Assembly: GCF_006345805.1 (NCBI RefSeq)
Contig: NC_043005.1
Coordinates: 100,378,001-100,442,000, forward strand
Origin: Octopus sinensis
Taxonomy: Eukaryota
DNA: 64,000 bases
Direction of reading: 5' to 3'
Below are positions 60,251 through 64,000 of this stretch, piece after piece; the stretch's first letter is position 1, and each line of letters begins with the position of its first letter. Under the pieces are notes generated by a model. It ran no database searches, was not told where the DNA came from, and saw only the letters and a program-made list of their open reading frames with translations. Both the position numbers and the translations under genes were made by a program.

Positions 60251-61668
60251 AGAAACATTGATGTTTATAATTAAAATTTATATTTACACAAAGTGTAAAT
60301 ATAAACCCCTCTATCGTTAGCCAGAAAGAAGATAGAACAGAAATATGGTTATTAAAACCTGATATGAATTATGCATGCAGAAAATAGACACATGTGCACC
60401 ATTGCATATATATGCACAAATTTAGACACACATGATTTATGTATGCATATATACTTAGAAACATGCACACAGCTTAAGCTACACACACACACACACATGC
60501 ACACACATAAAATGCTTAGATGACATAATCAGATAAAGTGCAGCCCGCATAATATGAAAATTGCTATGTTTTAGTTTAAAACCAAAACTTTACACATATA
60601 TACACATATATACACATATATACACATATGCACAAACTTGCATGACCAATGGTTTTTTTTTTTTGTGAGTGTGTAAAATCTGAGCATGGTGGTCTTTGAA
60701 ATTTTGAATATTTGCATGTTTGTTTAGAAGTTATTCCGGTATCTATGACTAGTCTTGTTGATGTTGTCTCCTCAAAAGTTAGATATAACAATAGTAAAAT
60801 AAATGACAAAAATAATAAATTAAAAAAATACTACTAAAAATAAAAATGAGTAGAGCCTCACTCTTTGACTCGGGGGACATCAAAACTGCTTTAATAAAAT
60901 TTCAACTGATGAATGTAAAGTCAATGGTCTCTGTCATGTTCCTGAATGTTGCTACAAAATACGACGAGGGTGTGTATGTGAATACATATATACATTACAT
61001 ACATGATGGCTGGAAACTCATGTTTGAGTATTGACATCACATGATCGAAAATCCCACACATGCAAAGGCTATGACCAGCCATTTTTGTGATAGGTCTCCC
61101 TTTTTTCTGTGCATGAGGATTTTTTTTTTTATAGTGGGGAAGGATTTTCACAAATCCAATCCTGCTCTCTGAACACAGACAACATAAACTCGAAAAGATG
61201 AACCAGTCTACATCAGCAAATATTGTCAGTGTTGCAGGTTTTCTCTCAGAGTTTCCTTCTCCTAGAGAGATATTGTGACAACAACAGAGAGGCCACCCAC
61301 TGCCAGTGCTTGAACCCCAACCCAGCTATTTCCATGTCCTTGCACACACATGCATGCATACATACACCTTTACACATGCTGTTAGATGGCCATTGACTGC
61401 TCATGAGCTCTTCTGCCCTTTAACAGGTCCTATTTTTCATCCTGCAGGATGTCCAACAATCACTGTCCTCACAAACAAGTCCGATGGGGTTGCCTGTTTG
61501 GTTGTTTATGACCCAACCATGCAACAGATGGCACTGGGTTACATGCTACCAGTAGCACCCAAAAGCAACCTGACATTACATACATGCCTAAATACATACA
61601 TACATGCACACATTACATGCATAAATACATAAGAACATATATGCACACATTACATATGTATATGAGTA

Positions 61669-62043
61669 GGAGTGGCTGTGTGGTAAGTAGCTTGTTTACC
61701 AACCACATAGTTCTGGGTTCAGTCCCACTGCATGACACCTTGGACAAGTATCTTCTACTAGTGCCTCAGGTCAACCAAAGCATTGTGAGTGGATTTGGTA
61801 AATGGAAACTGAAAGAAACCCATCGTATGTGTGTATATTCATATATGTGTGTGTGTGTATATGTTTGTGTGTTTGTGTTTGTCGCCCCAACATCGCTTGT
61901 TTACGTTGCCATAACTTAGCAGTTCGGCAAAAGAGACTGATAGAATAAGTACTAGGCTTACAAAGAATAAGTCCTGGAGACGAAAGGCAGTGCTCCAGCA
62001 TGACCACAGTCAAATGACTGAAACAAGCAAAAGAGTAAAAGAA
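61669..62043 (+). mobile_element. SINE family A, full length
   Basis: GGAGTGGCTGTGTGGTAAGTAGCTTG head through the GTAAAAGAATA tail. Confidence 0.9.
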
Positions 62044-62389
62044 TATAGGCACACATTACATAATTTATGCACACATTACATGCATAAATACCTAAGTACA
62101 TACATGCATTACATACATTGCATGCATACATAAATACATACATGCATCATACACACGACATACACATACACCTTACATACATTATATACATACTTTGGGT
62201 TCAGGTTAGAAACTGGCTCTTTCACCATTGGCAAGGAATTGAGAAATAAAACCATATCGTAAAATACATACATAACATTCATACAACAAAGGACATAAAA
62301 TAAGATACAAATCAACAAGGAGATGAGATGAATTCACAATGAATTTTTTTTTTTGCTTGATGCTCAAAGAAATGGAAAGAGTTAACTGT

Positions 62390-62600
62390 TCTCTTTTACT
62401 TGTTTCAGTCATTTGACTGAGGCTATGCTGGAGCACCGCCTTTCAGTCGAGAAAATCAACCCCAGGACTTATTCTTTGTAAGCCTAGTACTTATTCTATC
62501 AGTCTCTTTTGCCGAACCGCTAAGTGACAGGGACGTAAACACACCAATATCGGTTGTCAAGTGATGTTCGGGACAAACACAGACACACAAACATATACAC

Positions 62601-62639
<39 letters not shown>

Positions 62640-62830
62640 CACGCACATACACATATATATATATACATATATACGACAGGCTTCTTTCAGTTTCTGTCTA
62701 CCAAATCCACTCACAAGGCTTTGGTTGGCCCGAGGCTATAGTAGAAGACACTTGCCCAAAGTACCACACAGTGGGACTGAACTTGGAACCATGTGGTTGG
62801 TAAGCAAGCTACTTACCACACAGCCACTCC
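62390..62830 (-). mobile_element. SINE family A, full length
   Basis: Complete minus-strand copy. Confidence 0.9.
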
Positions 62831-63658
62831 AGTTCAGACATTTCCCTTCCTTAGATAAGTGTAGAGTGGAAAAGATGAAGAAAATACAAAGAAAAACAAG
62901 ATATGAATAATCAAGTGAAATCTCCATGTTTGCCATTGACTGACCGGAAGTTGAAGTGTGGGTCAATGGAGCGACCTGAAGCATAAGATGGAGGCGTATT
63001 TCTGTGTAAGTGAGTCTGTATGTACTTGAAATGTGTGGAAAAGGAGTTTTACAAGTGTGCAAGTCGTCTACGTGTCATGTATTTTTGTGTACATGACAGC
63101 ATGTGCATGGTCAGGCTTCTTTTGTTAGGTATGTGTGTGTGTGTGTGTGTAATACATATACTTGTGTGTGTAATACATATACGTGTGTGTGTGTGTGTGT
63201 GTATCAAAGAAGGGATAAGAGCAGGATGGTTAGTGAACTGCTAAGGTTAAAAGGAGTGTGGATTTGGAGGGAAAAATAGAATGCTGTTCCCTATGAAATC
63301 TAGATTTCTTGGATCCAGTTTCCAAAGCCAAACTGGATGTCATGAACATGTCTGTTAGCTGAACAGTAGCTAGTTTGACCAACATACAAGCTGTAGCAGA
63401 GTGAGCTTCAGTATTTTATTGCTTTTTTTTTCAAATTTCTCCTTATCTTTCCTAATCTTTTTTCCAAGTAGTAGTGAAGATTGATCTCAGGATGTTGGGC
63501 TTCATGGAGGAGATGACAATGGACTGAGATGTCTGGCAATAATGGGTTCTTGAGAAAACCCACTTAACTCAGCAAAACTGAGTTCTGGAAGTGAAACTGA
63601 CTCTCGTGACATCGGCGGAGGTGGCGGCGGCAGCATCACCACCACCACCACCACCACC

Positions 63659-63689
<31 letters not shown>

Positions 63690-63691
<2 letters not shown>

Positions 63692-63745
63692 GTTCGACGA
63701 TTTGACTGAGGACTGGCAAACCAGATGGCTGCACCAGGCTCCAAT
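63690..63745 (-). mobile_element. SINE family D 3' fragment next to (CAC)n(CAT)n
   Basis: GACGATTTGACTGAGGACTGGCAAACCAGATGGCTGCACCAGGCTCCAATCT. Confidence 0.8.
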
Positions 63746-64000
63746 CTTTGTGTTCCCAATAAACCAAAATACATCTCTTCACCTTTTCCTCACATTTCCT
63801 CTTTTGCATGCACTATGCTTACGCACATCAATCTCTCCCTCCCCATTTCTGGAGCCCAATCCTCTTCCCTCCCCCCAGTCCTGCTCACTGTATCCTCACT
63901 AGCCTGTTGTCCCCACCACTATCTCTTTGTTTTGTTTTGTTGTTTGTTCCTTCTCGAGCCATGCCTGGCTCATAAGGGCCAGTTTCCCGGTTTCCTTGGC

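Noticed and set aside
63502-63902. ORFs with poly-Pro/His/Thr/Gly resembling a transcription-factor exon
   Set aside because: Built from (GGC)(CAC)(CAT) microsatellites adjoining a SINE fragment; an in-frame stop separates them from the upstream acceptor.

Overview
AT-rich animal DNA saturated with microsatellites and transposons, most consistent with an intron or intergenic region of a coleoid cephalopod (octopus type). That assignment is an inference from SINE families I recognise from memory (CORE-type and Deu/Nin-type) and was not checked against a database. I could not support any intact host protein-coding gene, true tRNA, rRNA or CRISPR array, and most long ORFs in the track are microsatellite artefacts. 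Recognisable content: four abundant SINE families (about 40 copies); decayed LINEs (L1/Tx1-like ORF1, RTE, CR1, many R4/Dong-type pieces in (TAA)n tracts); a 5' half Ty3/Gypsy element; Penelope-like fragments; a full-length but dead mariner; TA- and TTAA-flanked MITEs; and two complete non-autonomous Helitrons. The most interesting signals are: (1) two back-to-back minimal type I hammerhead ribozymes at 26.0-26.2 kb, one with an apparently complete core; (2) near-perfect fold-back hairpins at 41.0 and 45.5 kb; (3) a 556-bp non-tRNA element found twice inside (TTA)n tracts; (4) an inverted LINE block bracketed by a perfect 103-bp direct repeat; (5) several microsatellite-bounded tandem duplications; and (6) a candidate 8-nt start-codon exon (cag|ACAAAATG|gtaaga) at 56.08 kb. 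Most repeat boundaries are approximate (about +/-10-20 bp) unless exact TIR/TSD positions are given.
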